Assembly: GCF_018977255.1 (NCBI RefSeq)
Contig: NW_024704743.1
Location: forward strand, 109,680,001-109,744,000
Direction of reading: 5' to 3'
Source: Callorhinchus milii
Taxonomy: Eukaryota
Length of the DNA stretch: 64,000 nucleotides
Positions 61,820 through 64,000 of the stretch are shown here, piece by piece (the first letter of the stretch is position 1; every line of letters begins with the position of its first letter). The notes under the pieces were generated by a model that was not told the DNA's origin, did no database searches, and was given only the letters and a program-made list of their open reading frames with translations. The position numbers were made by a program, and so were the translations under genes.

Positions 61820-62468
61820 TCAGGCAGGTCTGCAGAACACTGCTGTTGACAGACCAGCCAGCCTGGTGCACCATCAGGACTTTGAAGGGCTGAACCATCC
61901 ACAAATTGGGGCTGGGACTCTTCCCGATTAGCTTTCGGTAACCATGTAACCCAAAGCCCTTATGTGTCGGCTGGTCCTGGCTGGACAAATAGCTAGAGGC
62001 TTGCCAGACATTGCTCTCAATGGCAAGCTACAACAACAATTTGCATTTATATAGCGCCCCTCATGCAAGATAGTGTCCCTGAGAGCTTGACAGTGGCGGA
62101 GCACAATGCTGAGCTGGAGGGAGGGGGATGGGGAGGTGATCAGAGGCATGGTCAAATAGGAAGGTCTTCAGGCATGACCTGAAGATGGGGAAGGAAAGGG
62201 CAAGTCGGGATAGAGGAAGAGCGTTCCAGAGTTTCGGGGCGTAGTGGCTGAAAGCGTGGTCACCAATGATAGAACGGAGGGCATAAGGGATACGCAGAAG
62301 GCTCGAGCCAGTCGAACTGAGGCAGCAGGTTGTAGGGTAAGCAGGTCGGAGAGGGAGGGAGGTGCCAGGGCATGAAGGGATTTGAAGACAAGTGTGAGGA
62401 CTGAAAACTATGTGGTTTTAGCTGGTTGAAATCCAGCAATAACCCAACGCACACTCTGGGGTCCTTTG
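61820..62468 (-). mobile_element. Repeat X split by an L2 fragment
   Basis: caatggcaagcta | L2 | tgtggttttagctgg rejoins to the X sequence caatggcaagctatgcagttttagctgg at about 43206. Confidence 0.75.
62031..62407 (-). mobile_element. L2 3' fragment
   Basis: (CAA)n tail, gcgttccagag..ggctgaaagc, gccagggcatgaagggatttgaagac. Confidence 0.8.
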
Positions 62469-63519
62469 ACACCTATCTACTCTAACCCTACACTGTAAAC
62501 AAAAACAATTGAGATGTGCCTTTACAAGACTAACACGCTGCAGGCAAAATAGAACCTGTTGTGGGCAAATGATTGATATTTCAAGTGACTTAGCGGGTTA
62601 GAGCAGCCATAACAATTTCACGCATGAGCACAATGGAACTTATCCAGTACTGTAACTCCGTGTCCAGTTCCACATCGGAGCTCAAGGGGATATACGGACA
62701 TGTGGGTAAATGGACATTGGATAACCAGTACTCTACCATAGATCTGTAGAGGCGGGATTAAGACGGCTGTAGAATCCATCCAGAAATAATAATAATAATC
62801 CTTACATTTGATATAGCTTGCGCCTTATCACGTTGTCAAGACGCTGCATAACTGAAAATTCCCTTAATCCCTGGTAGCATCAAAGTGAGTGCGCAATACA
62901 CTTTTTCTATTGCTTTTTATATCCCTCTAGACGCAAAGCGCTTCACAGGATATACTGCAAAGTGAATTGACTTCCTGATTCGGGGTAAAACCACAAATTT
63001 CTGAAACACAACACATGAATCAGAAGTATCTATAAAATCCAGGCCGGGAGTGTTCCCCAAGACAGGGCTCTGGTGGGTGGGTGAGAGCTGCTCCTCTGAT
63101 GAGCCGTGTTACTGTCCCTTACATTGGAAATGGTACAAAGATGACTGTTTTGGAGCTGTTGTGCCGGGCCTGTCTGACTCACTCTCCTCTTGCTGCTGTC
63201 AGACCAGAAGCACAATGGATAAAACCTGGTTACCTGGAAAAGCACATATCAAGCCACAAAACCAGACTGTGACTCTCAGACTGAGAGAGAGCAGCTCTCC
63301 CGCCTTGATGCCGAGTCTTGTAGGCACAGGAGGCAGCCATTCAGGCACCGAACTTGTTCTGCTGTTTCGCCCACAATCATACATACTTTACAGTAAATCC
63401 TGTGAAGCACTTTGAGAAGTCTCGACAATACTGCAGCTCGTGGAGCTGTTGTGGAGCTCAGTGCCTTCTTTCACCCACCGGTGTCCTTTATAACCCTAAA
63501 TCTATGCTCTCACTATTTC

Positions 63520-63941
63520 AGCTTTCCCTCACCTCTGCAACATTGCCCCACTTCCACCACTACTGTTACTCTGAGCTGCCAAGACCCTCATTCACTATTT
63601 CATGTCCAGTTTGACTAAACCAATGCCTGCTGGCCAAACTCCTTCTCTATTTCCCCATCTAATCACTTTGTTCAGTAAAAATTGCCCTGTTTCATGGCCA
63701 ACACTATCGCCAGGTTTCAGACATTTTGCCCCCGCTCTCTGGAACTCCATCCCAGAGTACACCGACTCAAATAATTCTTTCCCACTTTCAGAGCCCACCT
63801 TGTTATCCTCCCTCCCCTCCCACCCAAATGGATTCACATGAAGAGTCTGATGGAATCATGGAGAGGCCTGTGGTTTTCAAGTGCCCTGGGACATTACCCT
63901 GCATGAGGGGCGTTGTATAAATACAAGTTGTTGTCGTTGTT
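63520..63941 (+). mobile_element. Decayed L2 3' fragment
   Basis: FRHFAPALWNSIP; ends ggcgttgtataaatacaagttgttgtcgttgttg. Confidence 0.7.
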
Positions 63942-64000
63942 GACTGGCCTTCTGTCAGTTAACAGTTCCAAAAATCTTTCATGAGCGATAAGTAGAGCAA

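Noticed and set aside
1..64000. The many 60-170 aa ORFs in the track
   Set aside because: They are alternative or antisense frames of L2, CR1 and SINE copies or of microsatellites. Recurring peptides such as KCKDYYYY come from SINE tails. I recognise no host protein.

Overview
This is repeat-dense vertebrate genomic DNA. The repeat set (L2 and CR1 LINEs, tRNA-headed SINEs with L2-type 3' tails, Deu-SINE-like elements) points to a cartilaginous fish; a chimaera such as elephant shark is my best guess, and this is inference. I recognise no host protein-coding exon, so the window reads as a large intron or intergenic region. The only credible protein homologies are retrotransposon reverse transcriptases: a young 5'-truncated L2 with a 557-aa open RT frame (8555-10228, minus) and CR1 ORF2 C-terminal fragments. 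Also present: a young tRNA-derived SINE family (called A here, about 16 copies, long and short variants), an older SacSINE1/Deu-like SINE (B), and an unclassified old repeat (X). Best findings: (1) a minimal type-I hammerhead ribozyme motif at 20936-20974 in a short Penelope-type terminal repeat, with two decayed siblings, one flanked by a 14-bp direct repeat; (2) two local inverted duplications with arms of about 220-240 bp; (3) a 3' stem-loop shared by SINE A and L2, with a compensatory base change; (4) several nested insertions that order the repeat families in time. Boundaries of decayed repeats were read by eye and are approximate. No database searches were run.
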